A stretch of 64,000 nt of DNA from Candidatus Poribacteria bacterium (GCA_965205025.1 CBDBFU010000012.1:384001-448000); one strand, 5' to 3'; shown: positions 41,085 to 52,418, numbered from the stretch's first letter. The notes: generated by a model from the letters alone, not told the origin. Numbers and translations are program-made.

Positions 41085-42983
41085 GTGAAATACATTAGAA
41101 TTATTATCATCTATATAATTGTACATATAACAATTCCAATCTGTTTTTGTTATTCACAAGATTATGGATTGATGAGTTTACCAGATTCAGCAATCAGACG
41201 AATCGGAAAAGGTTATATAAATGATGTGGTATTTTTTCCAGATGGCGAAAAATACGCAGTCTGCAGTTCACTTGGTATATGGGTTTATGATGTAGAAACT
41301 GGCAAAGAACTAAATCTGATTTCATCAGAAAATGAGGATGTAGAAACAGTTTGTTTTAGCCATGATGGTCAAATTTTTGCACATACATACGGTAAGTATA
41401 TTATACTCAGATATGTTTCTGATTATAGCATTAAAAATACATTAACTGGACATACTTATAATGTATCATTGTTAGCATTTAGTCCCGATGCAAAGTTACT
41501 GGCAAGTGGTTCTAATGACACTACAATTCGATTATGGGATGTTGATACAGGTAAACTACATACTACATTAATTAACCATACACAATCGATTAAGTCACTG
41601 GCATTTTCCTCAGATGGTAATGAACTTGCAAGTATAGAGAATAGTGGGGAAATAATAAATATATGGGATGTGAAAACCGGAAAAATAAAGAAAATTATCA
41701 CACCTAAAGTTGGAAAATTATCAAGGGTACTATATTCACCAAATGAACATATACTTACTACAGCAAATTGGAATGGTAAATTACATTTTTGGAATCCAAT
41801 TTCAGGTGATTTAATCAATACAATTTCAGCTTCCACATCAGAAATTAGAACTATAAGGTATTCTCCAGATGGTAAATCCATATTCTTTGGAAGAACAGAT
41901 CATATCCGTAGATTAGATCATAAAAATGGGGATCTTCTCAATACATACCAATTACCATCGTTTATATTTAAATCATTCGATATCTCAAATGATGGTAAAT
42001 CAATAGTTTGCGATACATACATAGATGGATCAATTCAATTTCTTGATGTCGAGACTGAAGCAATCAGATACAAAATATCAGGTTTTTCTTATGGTACTTC
42101 TTCTATAGTATTTTCTCCTGACGGATTAACATTAGTATCTACATCATTATTTGGAAAGAACATAAATGTCTATACAGTGTCCACTGGAGAGATAAGGAAT
42201 ACTATAAAAATTAACACCAGTCTTTCATCTGATATTCTTCTCTCACCAGACGGTACTACATTATCTGCTGCAAATAGGATAGGAAATATATTCTTATGGG
42301 ATATACAGACTGGAGAAATTAGGAAAAAATTAATAGGACAAAGAAGCAATAATCAAACTATGGTATTCTCAAGTGATAGTTCAATCCTTTATAGTGCTGG
42401 GAATAACAGATTGATTCAGGTATGGGATATTGATTCAGGAAAATCAATAAGAGAAATATCACCATTTACAACTGATAGTACATCTAATCTTCAAATAAAG
42501 AAAATCTCTATAAGTCCCAATGACAAAACACTCGCAGTATTGACGAATTCAAACACTATAGAATTATACGATACTCAATCTAATATTTTTCAAGGTGAAT
42601 TAAAAGGACATAGTTCAACGGTATACTCTGCAGTCTTTTCAAATGATGGGAAAATACTTGGGAGTACCAGTATGGACAATACAATCAAATTATGGGATGT
42701 TGAATCAAGAAGTCAATTACTGAGTTTTACTGAACCAACATCAATGAATGTCTATTCTATTGCATTTAGTCCAAATGGGAGGATTGTAGCCAGTGGTACA
42801 TATAAGCTGATTCGGTTATGGGATATTGAATCAGGAGAAAATGTTAAAACACTGTCAGGACATATAGGTTCGATTCAAGGCCTTACATACAGTCCAGATG
42901 GAAAAATCTTGGCAAGTAGTTCATTAGATGGGTCAGTGATTTTATGGGATGTTACAAGTAATCAACCTACTAATGCTAAATAA
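41085..42983 (+). CDS. Secreted WD40-repeat protein (divergent paralog)
   Basis: Signal peptide, LPDSAIRRIGKG and WD40 repeats that are more degenerate in the middle. Confidence 0.9.
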   Translation: MKYIRIIIIYIIVHITIPICFCYSQDYGLMSLPDSAIRRIGKGYINDVVFFPDGEKYAVCSSLGIWVYDVETGKELNLISSENEDVETVCFSHDGQIFAHTYGKYIILRYVSDYSIKNTLTGHTYNVSLLAFSPDAKLLASGSNDTTIRLWDVDTGKLHTTLINHTQSIKSLAFSSDGNELASIENSGEIINIWDVKTGKIKKIITPKVGKLSRVLYSPNEHILTTANWNGKLHFWNPISGDLINTISASTSEIRTIRYSPDGKSIFFGRTDHIRRLDHKNGDLLNTYQLPSFIFKSFDISNDGKSIVCDTYIDGSIQFLDVETEAIRYKISGFSYGTSSIVFSPDGLTLVSTSLFGKNINVYTVSTGEIRNTIKINTSLSSDILLSPDGTTLSAANRIGNIFLWDIQTGEIRKKLIGQRSNNQTMVFSSDSSILYSAGNNRLIQVWDIDSGKSIREISPFTTDSTSNLQIKKISISPNDKTLAVLTNSNTIELYDTQSNIFQGELKGHSSTVYSAVFSNDGKILGSTSMDNTIKLWDVESRSQLLSFTEPTSMNVYSIAFSPNGRIVASGTYKLIRLWDIESGENVKTLSGHIGSIQGLTYSPDGKILASSSLDGSVILWDVTSNQPTNAK

Positions 42984-43035
42984 CCTACCGGTAATTTATT
43001 CGTAAATAATAATTACTTGTAACATTTTCATAATA

Positions 43036-44442
43036 TCAATAGGGTGTATCTCGTGTTGTAAGAGCACACCACCTTGTTGAAAAAAGATGATTATATAGTA
43101 TATCCCGAGATTCCACTGTATCAATCTGCTTTAACGCAAATGCTGCATTAAAACGGACATATCTGTTATCATCATCTAATTGTGTTTTTAAATTTTCTAA
43201 TGCTGGTTCAGAATGAGTGCCAAATTGTGCTAAACTCCGTGTAGCATTATATCGTATCCAATAATGTTCATCATTCAATGCTTGATCCAAGGTATTGACA
43301 GTTTCTTCGATATTATCGGACCCACACCCATCTTTTCCAATGATACCAATCCCTTCAATAGCATGCCTTCTTACCATAGGAGATTCATCTTTAGCTGCCT
43401 CTAAAAGTGCACTTACTGCTTCTTTCGCTGATTTACCCATATCACCTAATGCATAGGCTGAACATGCACGTATTGAATCATCATTATGCTTCAAAGCATC
43501 AATTAATGTTGGCACAGCAGGTTCACCTAATAGGCTTAATGAATGTCCTGCATAATTTCGAATTGAATCAGAAGAACCGTATAACGCTTTTTTCAGGTAT
43601 ACTACGGCATCTTTTCCAACTCTTCCAAGACGATATGCTGCATTTAATCGTATCTTTTCGTTGTCATCTTCAAGTGATTCAAGGAGTGATTCCACTTCCT
43701 TAGAAGAAACTCCATTAGTATTTCCATTCTGTTTTCCGTAATACCAATCCCAATGTGTTTCATGCATATCAGGATGTTCTGAACTCTCTGTTGAATCTAC
43801 TGAATGCCATTCTGTAGATTCACTATTCCAGACAGGTTCAGAGGGTTCTTCAAGTCGTGAAAACAGGAACTTCAACATATATCGTTTCTGATCACTGGTG
43901 TTGGCAGTAGCACGATGCCATAAATCGTAGTGAACAATAGTCACTGTTCCCGCTTCACCACAAAGAGGTGTATCGGGTTGTTCATGCGCACTTTCACTTG
44001 TCTCATAATATTGTGAAGCAGGTAAAACAGCTGTCGGTCCTCTCTCCTCTGGAACATCTTGAGGATAATAAAATCCCATTGTCCATCGACACTTATGACG
44101 ACGAACCTGTTCATCACCTTCATAAGAATCTTTGTGAAAGTTTTGTCCTCCACCACCTTGTGGGTTGAAGTGACAGTAACGGTGTGGATGCATTATATAA
44201 TTTTTACCAAGAACCCCCTGCATAGCACCATGTATTACTGGATGGTCAAAGACCTCTTGAATTTCAGGTATCAGTGGGAGGACATTATTACCTAAGTTTC
44301 CAGTATGTTCAAACATATCATCCAGATGATTGTATATGTTTTCATGAAAACTCGGGTGGAAATCTGTTTTTAATGTAATAAACCCATTTATGATAAAATC
44401 ACGCATTTGTTCATCAGTGAGTGGTAATGCTTGTTTCTCCAT
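43036..44442 (-). CDS. Phytanoyl-CoA dioxygenase (PhyH)-family domain fused to HEAT repeats
   Basis: HxD (FHKD) and distal LWHRA triad, followed by VR..AA.ALG HEAT/PBS-lyase repeats. Confidence 0.85.
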   Translation of the reverse strand: MEKQALPLTDEQMRDFIINGFITLKTDFHPSFHENIYNHLDDMFEHTGNLGNNVLPLIPEIQEVFDHPVIHGAMQGVLGKNYIMHPHRYCHFNPQGGGGQNFHKDSYEGDEQVRRHKCRWTMGFYYPQDVPEERGPTAVLPASQYYETSESAHEQPDTPLCGEAGTVTIVHYDLWHRATANTSDQKRYMLKFLFSRLEEPSEPVWNSESTEWHSVDSTESSEHPDMHETHWDWYYGKQNGNTNGVSSKEVESLLESLEDDNEKIRLNAAYRLGRVGKDAVVYLKKALYGSSDSIRNYAGHSLSLLGEPAVPTLIDALKHNDDSIRACSAYALGDMGKSAKEAVSALLEAAKDESPMVRRHAIEGIGIIGKDGCGSDNIEETVNTLDQALNDEHYWIRYNATRSLAQFGTHSEPALENLKTQLDDDNRYVRFNAAFALKQIDTVESRDILYNHLFSTRWCALTTRDTPY

Positions 44443-44588
44443 CGTAAATTCCCCCTCATTTCTTAGGTTAAGGCTATCAGAAAATTATAATCAAGTCAAA
44501 TGTATTTTCTTTATATTACATACTGTAAGACTATTTGACATAAAAGAATGTAATCCTAATTTCCATAATTCGCTTTAAAACCACTATA

Positions 44589-44831
44589 ATACCATTTCTG
44601 GTAATTAAAGTCTCATTAATTGAATCTCTTAAATGTAGCACAAACTTCATGAGGATTAAGTAAATATTTCGGTAATTCTACTTTCCCAAACCCGGTAGGT
44701 GCGGTTTCCTAACCGTACCGGACTTTACAGGAAAGTTACCGAATTAGTAAATTAATCTTCATCCAGTTTGTGTAGTATTTCAAGACATAAATATCACATA
44801 ATCATGGGAGAATCATTTATAGAAATGGTAT
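44589..44831. mobile_element. Nested MITE/REP composite, copy 1
   Basis: ATACCATTTCT[CACAAACT[IS630-like TIR 44649-44675 [REP GTAGGTGCGGTTTCCTAACCG] TIR 44736-44762]AGTTTGTG]AGAAATGGTAT. Confidence 0.75.
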
Positions 44832-45068
44832 AAGTTCCGTTTCTTCAGACCACAGACCACTTATTACAATTATACCTATCTCATCTTATATCAATTATTT
44901 AATCTATCATACTTGTTCTATTTTTCATTGTTTAGGTTGCTAATTAGAATAGCTATTAGACATTAATATTGATTATATATCTTTCCATCTACTCGGTTGA
45001 CAGAAGTATTCCATTGTTCCCGTTTATGTGGTATACTACTTTAGAGTTAGAGATTTTGGAGGACACTA

Positions 45069-46040
45069 ATGAAAGAAATCGATAGACGTTGGGATGGATC
45101 TATAACCCGTTATCCTGATCCTGCTATAGAGGTAATTGATCAAAGATTTGCAAAATATAAAATTGGAAATTCTGTCGTTGAACGGCTATGGACTGGAGCA
45201 CGTTGGTCAGAAGGACCAGTATGGTTTGGTGATGCGGGATATCTGCTCTGGAGCGATATACCGAATAACAGAATTCTAAAGTATCAAGAGTCCACAGGGG
45301 AGGTAAGTGAATACCGTAAGCCATCTAATTATACAAATGGACACACGCGTGATCGACAGGGTAGACTAATCAGTTGTGAACACGGTACACGACGGGTTAC
45401 ACGAACCGAATACGATGGATCAATTACCATTTTGATGGATAATTATGATGGTAAGAAATTGAATGCACCAAATGATGTTGCTGTCCATCCTGACGGTGGA
45501 GTTTGGTTCACAGATCCTGGATACGGTATTATGCTAAATTACGAAGGTCATATTGCTGAATTTGAATTACCTACATGTGTTTATCGAATTAATCCAGAAA
45601 CTGGTGATACCACAATGGTTACGGATGAAATCGAAAAACCAAATGGTATCTGTTTTTCACCAGATTATGAAAAATTATATATTGTCGATACTGGTGTCAC
45701 CCATAAAGAAGGTACACCACGAAATATATATGTTTATGATGTAATTAATGGTGAATCTTTAGAGAATCAACAGGTCTTCTGTGATATGTCACCAGGAATT
45801 GCTGACGGAATACGATGTGATACAGATGGAAATTTATGGGCAAGTGCAGGTTGGGTAGGTGATGGATATGATGGGGTTCACGTATTTGCCCCTGATGGAA
45901 TACTTATAGGCAAAATACATTTACCTGAAATATGTGCAAACCTATGCTTCGGTGGTGTAAAAAGAAACCGTTTATTCATGACAGGTAGTCAATCTCTATA
46001 TTCAGTATACGTTGAAACACAAGGATTACCTTTATTCTAA
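45069..46040 (+). CDS. SMP-30/gluconolactonase family protein
   Basis: WSEGPVW, WSDIPNN, LNAPND, FTDPGYG, PNGICFSPD and ADGIRCD motifs. Confidence 0.9.
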   Translation: MKEIDRRWDGSITRYPDPAIEVIDQRFAKYKIGNSVVERLWTGARWSEGPVWFGDAGYLLWSDIPNNRILKYQESTGEVSEYRKPSNYTNGHTRDRQGRLISCEHGTRRVTRTEYDGSITILMDNYDGKKLNAPNDVAVHPDGGVWFTDPGYGIMLNYEGHIAEFELPTCVYRINPETGDTTMVTDEIEKPNGICFSPDYEKLYIVDTGVTHKEGTPRNIYVYDVINGESLENQQVFCDMSPGIADGIRCDTDGNLWASAGWVGDGYDGVHVFAPDGILIGKIHLPEICANLCFGGVKRNRLFMTGSQSLYSVYVETQGLPLF

Positions 46041-46072
46041 ATAACAGTATCTGGTTCAGTATTTTTAACTGA

Positions 46073-46915
46073 ATGTCCCAATTTGATAAAAAATACATGG
46101 ATAAACTTGAGAAAATTTATTGTCCAATTTGTAATATAGATAATACAAGATTACTATACCATATTGATTCACTTTCAGTAGTTATCTGTAAACAGTGTAG
46201 ATTGTGGTATGTTAATCCTCGTATAAAGAAGACTACATTGGAAAAGGAATATGTTGAAACATATTATCCTGATGAAAAGATGACTCGAATCAATTCAGAT
46301 AAAATGGAATGGCTTCAAATGTCTGAACGACTTTCTGAATTGGAGAAAAAGTGTCCATCATACGGAAGAATTCTTGATGTAGGGTGTGGGATTGGAACAT
46401 TTCTACATTTAGCTAACATAAGTGGGTGGGAAACTTATGGCATTGATCCATCAAAGAGTGGGAGTACTTATGCTCAAGAGATTCATCAACTAAATGTTCA
46501 ATGTGGAGATATTTTTGATGCAAAATTTCCAGATGCACATTTTGATGTAATTACACTCTACCATGTTTTAGAACATATACCAGATTTAAACCCATTATTA
46601 TCAGAATTAAGAAGGATTTTAAAACCCAACACAGGGAAATTGGTTATAGAAGTTCCAAATGGTCGGAGTTTACATAGTAGAATTCAAAAGTCAGATTGGC
46701 CTTATATTCACCCACATGATCATCTTTACTATTTCTCAGCAAATTCGCTATCAAGATTACTCAAGAAAAATGAATTTAATCATATTGAATTAGGAAAGCC
46801 AGGTAGGGTTGGTATAGAGAGAAATATAAAGTTCCACATTAGACTGTTGACAACTACTATACTTGTAAGATTAAATTTAGGTACTGTAATTCGATTGTAT
46901 GCAGGTTGGAAATGA
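46073..46915 (+). CDS. Class I SAM-dependent methyltransferase with N-terminal Zn ribbon
   Basis: CPIC..CKQC, ILDVGCGIG, YHVLEH and HLYYF motifs. Confidence 0.85.
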   Translation: MSQFDKKYMDKLEKIYCPICNIDNTRLLYHIDSLSVVICKQCRLWYVNPRIKKTTLEKEYVETYYPDEKMTRINSDKMEWLQMSERLSELEKKCPSYGRILDVGCGIGTFLHLANISGWETYGIDPSKSGSTYAQEIHQLNVQCGDIFDAKFPDAHFDVITLYHVLEHIPDLNPLLSELRRILKPNTGKLVIEVPNGRSLHSRIQKSDWPYIHPHDHLYYFSANSLSRLLKKNEFNHIELGKPGRVGIERNIKFHIRLLTTTILVRLNLGTVIRLYAGWK

Positions 46916-46917
46916 AT

Positions 46918-47385
46918 TTATAAGGGAGGAGGGAGAAAAGAATAGGATTGAATCACATCGTTCATAAGTAACCTTTTGGATATATTCTCTATCTTAGCTG
47001 TATTCAATTCACCAGCTATACAAAACTTTTTACCTGTACGGACACTACTTACTTCAGAGATTCCAAGATCTTTAATTCCTTTTACTGTACTATCACCAAC
47101 TGCATCGGTAACACCTGGTTTATATTGAACTTCTATAGTCCACTGTTTTTCTGATGTTTGAACCTGGTTAATTGAATATTGTTGCGTAATCGGATCAGCT
47201 AAGAGTTCATTTCCAATTCGATGTATTGCAATCTCATCAAGCATACCTTCAATCCAATATATAGCAGCAGTTCGGACTGATTCTACACCATTGATTCCAA
47301 GATCTAAAACGTCCTGAAGAATACCCAAACCGATAGCATCAGGAACATCAGGTTTATAAGATACTTCAACTTTCCAATTATTCAT
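46918..47385 (-). CDS. purS: Tandem-duplicated PurS (FGAM synthase PurS subunit)
   Basis: Two repeats of VEV.YKP.V.DA.G....I.DLGI..V.SVRT...LL....Q.Y. Confidence 0.75.
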   Translation of the reverse strand: MNNWKVEVSYKPDVPDAIGLGILQDVLDLGINGVESVRTAAIYWIEGMLDEIAIHRIGNELLADPITQQYSINQVQTSEKQWTIEVQYKPGVTDAVGDSTVKGIKDLGISEVSSVRTGKKFCIAGELNTAKIENISKRLLMNDVIQSYSFLPPPL

Positions 47386-47664
47386 AAGGAATTACAAAAA
47401 GACACATATAAGATATATGGTTATTATGGAAACATTGATACAACGTATCAAAACATTTCCTACAAACTCTATTTCTCAACACAATTTGAGAAGGATAAAT
47501 ATTAATACAGATACCAGTATATCATATCAATCTGAATACAGTAAAGAATATAGTTAATAAATAATATCTTTAATATAATGTGAGTTTGATTATAGGCATA
47601 CGAACTTCATTCTTCCAAAATTAATAGTCTTTTAAACCAGGTAGGTGCGGTTTCCTAACCGCAC

Positions 47665-49119
47665 CATAGGCGTCAATTTAGCGGTTTTTTGTAGCATTTT
47701 CAAGATATTCCAATGTTGTTTTTCTATTAGCTCTTCTTTCAATGTAGCACCCGTTTTCGAATACTTGTTTTATCTCATCAAATGTCTCTCTAAGATGTCT
47801 CTTTGACTTGCGAAAGCTTATTGTGATTGTGCGTGTGTAGGACGTAATAAGCTCTACTGTTTTCGATAAACTATGCCGTAAACATCGCCATCCTATGACC
47901 AACATCACCCAATGCCGAATGATTGCAGCGATCAGTTTAGCATATATTTCACATAGAATACGATACGGTTTTTTACTTCGTGATGTGTCTACTTTTCCAA
48001 GGCTTTTAAAGCACTTAAATATCAACTCGATCTGCCATCGAATCCGCGCAATGACACATATCTGTTCAGCGGTGAGTTGATCCGTTCCAATATTTGTAAT
48101 GTAGATATTCCAACCTGCGAGTTGGAGTCGTGCCTGTGATGCTTGTGTATGCTTTCGTTTAGCACGATAGTTGATATCTCGTCGTCGTTTTTCGGTTTCT
48201 TCTTCGGAGAGTCTCTGAGCTACTAATCTTACTTTCATCCGCTTTTTTGAACCTATGAAAATATCTGTTTCGATAATGTTTTCGGTCTGAAACTTGAGCC
48301 ATTTATGTAAACAAAGAGGCTTTCCTGTATTGTCAAAAACCGAACACCTAACTTTATACCGTGAAATCCAAAAGACCCCTTCGTCCGTAAGTTCTTGAAG
48401 GGTTTGTAGCGAAAAATAACCGAGATCCGCAAGGCGTAAACTCCCTTGGGGGAGCCGGTCAATCTGTTTTTCTACAGTGCTATCAGCGGTGATGCCGTTG
48501 GTGAGTTGAAAGTGTTCGAATGTCCCTGTAGCAACATCGAAGCGTAGATGGAGTTTCAGTTCGGATTTGTTCGGATAATCCTTTTTACTGGCACCTTCCC
48601 AAATATCGTGAAGCGTATCAGGGAGTGTTATCCAAGAACTATCTTGTATATAGATACCGTTGAACTGTTCAAGGAGTGGGAGAACTTGTGGATCCGCAGA
48701 AATCACTTCGGACGCAGCCGCGTCAAGGATTGCTTTGAGGGTTTGTGCAGCTTCAGCAGTAAATCGTTGTTCAATCGCTTGTCGTGAGATTGGAGTACCG
48801 AGAGAAGCAGCAGTATGTGTAAGTTGAGTATAGGTGGCATCAGGATTTTCTAACCAACTATAAATAAGTGTCTGAGCAAAATGACTCCCCGCAAGTTTTC
48901 GATTTCTTTTGCAAAATCCTGTTTCAAGGGCTGCTTCATCAGCAATGGTTGTTAGAATCTGTTGCATTTTTTCAGGAACCTGTGATAATGTATTCATTGG
49001 AAACACCTCTTGTATAAAGTAAAAGGTAATATTTTTATACATTATATAGGAGATGTTTTCACTTAACAATAATTATTATTGAAAAATCAGACATCCTTTT
49101 TCTAAAATTGACGCCTATA
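47665..49119 (-). mobile_element. IS4-family insertion sequence (transposase 47678-49069, likely start 48997) inserted in a REP
   Basis: TIRs CATAGGCGTCAATTTAG / CTAAAATTGACGCCTATA; QDSS, ADLGY and RWQIELIFK..K (IS4 RxxIExxFK signature); 18-20-bp flanking direct repeat. Confidence 0.92.
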
Positions 49120-49199
49120 GTGCGGTTTCCTAACCGCACTGAATATAAAAAACTGATTTATCAAACTCACGTTTAATATAAAATACAGTCATAGACATA

Positions 49200-50042
49200 A
49201 TGGAAATTAATATGGACAATCAAGAATTGCGATTATTAGTCATTGGGGCACATCCAGATGATTGTGATTTCAAAGCAGGTGGATTAGCAGCACTTTATAG
49301 ACAAGAAAACCATAATGTAAAGTTTATTTCTGTTACAAACGGGGATGCAGGACACCATGAAATGGGGGGTGGTCCTTTAGCATTACGAAGAGGACAGGAA
49401 GCCAATGATGCAGCTGATATCATCGGGATAGAATATGATTTACTTGATATTCACGATGGAGAATTGATACCCAGCCTGGAAAATAGGTATGAGATAATTA
49501 GAAATATACGCATATATAAACCAGATATGATAATGACACATCGACCAAACGACTACCATCCTGATCATCGCTATACCTCTATGTTAGTTCAGGACGCAGC
49601 ATATATGGTAACTGTACCTAACGTTTGTGCACAAACACCACATTTAGAAAATAATCCAGTAATTCTTTATTTAAGTGATAGATTTAATAAACCTTATCCA
49701 TTTACTCCAGATGTTGTAATAGGAATTGACGCGGTTGTTGATAAGAAAATAGATATGATCCATTCTCATACTTCACAAGTTTATGAATGGCTTCCATTTA
49801 ATAATGGAACTCTTGAATCAGTGCCAGATAATACTGAGGATAGAAGAGAATGGCTAGCAAACCGACTATTCAAACAATTCAGTTCAATTGCTGACAAATA
49901 TCGTAATAAATTAATTGAATTTTATGGGAATGAAATAGGGGAATCCATTCAATATGCCGAAGCCTTTGAGGCATGCGAATATGGTTCGCCATTAACAAAT
50001 GAAAAAATTTCTACACTTTTTCCATTCTTCAGCAACAGTTGA
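49200..50042 (+). CDS. PIG-L/LmbE family deacetylase
   Basis: GAHPDD, VTNGDAG, RRGQEA, DYHPDH and YAEAFE motifs. Confidence 0.9.
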   Translation: MEINMDNQELRLLVIGAHPDDCDFKAGGLAALYRQENHNVKFISVTNGDAGHHEMGGGPLALRRGQEANDAADIIGIEYDLLDIHDGELIPSLENRYEIIRNIRIYKPDMIMTHRPNDYHPDHRYTSMLVQDAAYMVTVPNVCAQTPHLENNPVILYLSDRFNKPYPFTPDVVIGIDAVVDKKIDMIHSHTSQVYEWLPFNNGTLESVPDNTEDRREWLANRLFKQFSSIADKYRNKLIEFYGNEIGESIQYAEAFEACEYGSPLTNEKISTLFPFFSNS

Positions 50043-50093
50043 ATTAGAGTATTGATTTGAACCGATAATCTTTCAAGGAGTTTCTAATTATTA

Positions 50094-50351
50094 ATGCCAA
50101 CAGAACAAGCAAGTGCTAAGACCCTAATGTATATTGTATGTGTTATTGGTCTTATTTTTTCTATTGTTATGGTAATACTGTTTTTTAATGCTGCACCAGA
50201 AAGGTCATATATTGAAGATCACCTAAAATCAACAGATGCATCCGATTGCTTAAAATGCCACCTTGTTGGTGATGAAGAATCCCCGACGATGCCACATCTA
50301 AATCTTGGTAGGTGTACGTTGTGCCATGGATTAGCTAAAGAACCCCGCTAA
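50094..50351 (+). CDS. Small membrane-anchored di-heme c-type cytochrome
   Basis: N-terminal TM helix, CLKCH and CTLCH heme motifs with extra His residues (EDH, MPH); AAGGAG RBS. Confidence 0.72.
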   Translation: MPTEQASAKTLMYIVCVIGLIFSIVMVILFFNAAPERSYIEDHLKSTDASDCLKCHLVGDEESPTMPHLNLGRCTLCHGLAKEPR

Positions 50352-51269
50352 AATTCCTAACCAAACGACATTTCCTTCCATTTCTTCTATGACTTGTTCA
50401 CATTCAAATCCATTCTCTTCCAATGTATCTTGGATAAGATCAAATTCCGTATTTAAAATACCAGAGAAAATCAGACTTCCATCAGGTTTGCACCTTGATT
50501 TACATTGAGGAATCATTGGAAGGATTGTCTTGGTAAGTATATTTCCAACAATAAGGTCATATACTTCATCAGTGATACATAATCCATCTCCTTCAAAAAG
50601 ACGTACTTGTGATAGAACATTGTTATTTGAGAAGTTCTCTTCAGCTACAGGAATTGCAGATGGATCAATTTCAATAGCATCTACACGACTTGCTCCTAAT
50701 TTTATAGAGGCAATGCTGAGTATACCGGACCCTGTACCAATATCAGCTACAATATGGTTTGGTTTTATTGTCTTTTCAATAAGTCTTAAAGATAAACGTG
50801 TAGTAGGATGGTAACCGGTTCCGAATGCCATTCCTGGATCAATTATTATTGAAATGTCATTCTGATTATCAGATACATCATACCAGGATGGTACGATGTG
50901 TAATTGATTTCCAATTTTTTGAGGAGAATATGAAGATTTCCATGCTTGTTCCCAATCTTCCGATTCCACATTTTCTAATTCAATTTTGGTTGATTGTGAT
51001 TCAATACCCCATGAAGGTAGTAGCGATATGAATTTTCGTAGTTTCTTTATACGAGTATTTACACGCTCATCTAATGGAAAATAAGCGATAATGGATGTTG
51101 TTTTGGAAGTGATATCTTTCAGTTCTAAGCCAATTGCGTTTATCTCAAAGAGATAGTTCGTAATTGCATCAGAAGCTTCTATAGAAGTGGTTACAATGAA
51201 ACGTACCCAATTCATATTATGTTGTAAAATGGGTATTATGGAAAATGTATTAGTTTCAATGACAAACAA
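50331..51269 (-). CDS. prmA: Ribosomal protein L11 methyltransferase
   Basis: DW...WK, IDPGMAFGTGYHPTT, DIGTGSGIL and SGIL motifs; follows dnaJ. Start likely MNWV (51215). Confidence 0.92.
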   Translation of the reverse strand: MFVIETNTFSIIPILQHNMNWVRFIVTTSIEASDAITNYLFEINAIGLELKDITSKTTSIIAYFPLDERVNTRIKKLRKFISLLPSWGIESQSTKIELENVESEDWEQAWKSSYSPQKIGNQLHIVPSWYDVSDNQNDISIIIDPGMAFGTGYHPTTRLSLRLIEKTIKPNHIVADIGTGSGILSIASIKLGASRVDAIEIDPSAIPVAEENFSNNNVLSQVRLFEGDGLCITDEVYDLIVGNILTKTILPMIPQCKSRCKPDGSLIFSGILNTEFDLIQDTLEENGFECEQVIEEMEGNVVWLGILAGFFS

Positions 51270-51277
51270 TCAATATA

Positions 51278-52393
51278 TCATTCATCATTATGTCTAAACA
51301 ATTTATCCCAGAATCCACCATGTTCGGATCCGTGATCCTTCTCGTATAATTCTGCAAATTGTTGTAATGATTTACGTTGTTCATCATTAAGGTTCTTCGG
51401 GGTTACTATACCTATTTGCACAATTAGGTCCCCACTACCTGAACCCCGAATCTTTGGCATACCTTTGTTTGGTATTCTCAATTGATCTCCATATTGAGTG
51501 CCGGGAGGAATACTTAACTTTTCAGGTCCATCTAAACTGTTGATTTCAATAGTACTTCCAAGGGTAGCTTGTACAAACGATACTTTAGCAGAAGTAAACA
51601 AGTCGTTACCATCTCTTGAATAATGGTCATGTGGTGTAATGTGGACAACTACCAGAAGGTCTCCAGATGGACCACCAAGAGATCCAGCTTCACCTTCACC
51701 TCGTAATCTATATTCAAATCCATTATCCACACCCTTATCAACCTTGAGTTTAATCTCTCTTTGAACTCTAATTCTACCCTGTCCATTACATTTGTTACAT
51801 GGGTTTGTAATAATCTGTCCTTCACCCCGACAACGAGGACAAGTCCTTGACATAGTAAAGAACCCTTGAGATTGAGAGATCTGTCCTCTTCCAAGGCATT
51901 CAGGACATGTATCTATATTTGATCCTTTTTCAGATCCACTTCCCCTGCATTCTGGACAGGATTCTACGCGAGGAACTTCTATTGTCACTTCTTTACCATT
52001 GTAGGCATCCTCAAGTGATATTTCAAGATTATACTGAAGACTCCGTCCCTGTTTAGGACGACTTTGAGACCTACCAAGTCCGCCAAATACATCGCCGAAT
52101 ACATCACTAAAAATGTCATCTAAATTGAAACTAAAATCAAATCCAGATGATGAACCTTCAAGTCCAGCATGTCCATATTGATCATACCTTTGTCTCTTTT
52201 CGGGTGTACGCAATACGTCATAAGCTTCAGTGGCTTCTTTGAATCTCTCCTCAGCTTCTTGATCTCCAGGATTCTTGTCAGGATGATACTTAATCGCTAA
52301 CTTTCTATATGCTTTTTTAATTTCTTCATCATCTGCATCCTGACTGACATCTAATACTTGATAATAATCCCTTTTTTGCATATTATTTTCCAA
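51278..52393 (-). CDS. dnaJ: Chaperone DnaJ
   Basis: J domain with HPD, G/F region and four CxxCxGxG repeats. Confidence 0.96.
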   Translation of the reverse strand: MENNMQKRDYYQVLDVSQDADDEEIKKAYRKLAIKYHPDKNPGDQEAEERFKEATEAYDVLRTPEKRQRYDQYGHAGLEGSSSGFDFSFNLDDIFSDVFGDVFGGLGRSQSRPKQGRSLQYNLEISLEDAYNGKEVTIEVPRVESCPECRGSGSEKGSNIDTCPECLGRGQISQSQGFFTMSRTCPRCRGEGQIITNPCNKCNGQGRIRVQREIKLKVDKGVDNGFEYRLRGEGEAGSLGGPSGDLLVVVHITPHDHYSRDGNDLFTSAKVSFVQATLGSTIEINSLDGPEKLSIPPGTQYGDQLRIPNKGMPKIRGSGSGDLIVQIGIVTPKNLNDEQRKSLQQFAELYEKDHGSEHGGFWDKLFRHNDE

Positions 52394-52418
52394 TATGTAA
52401 CTTCTATAATGTTAGTTT

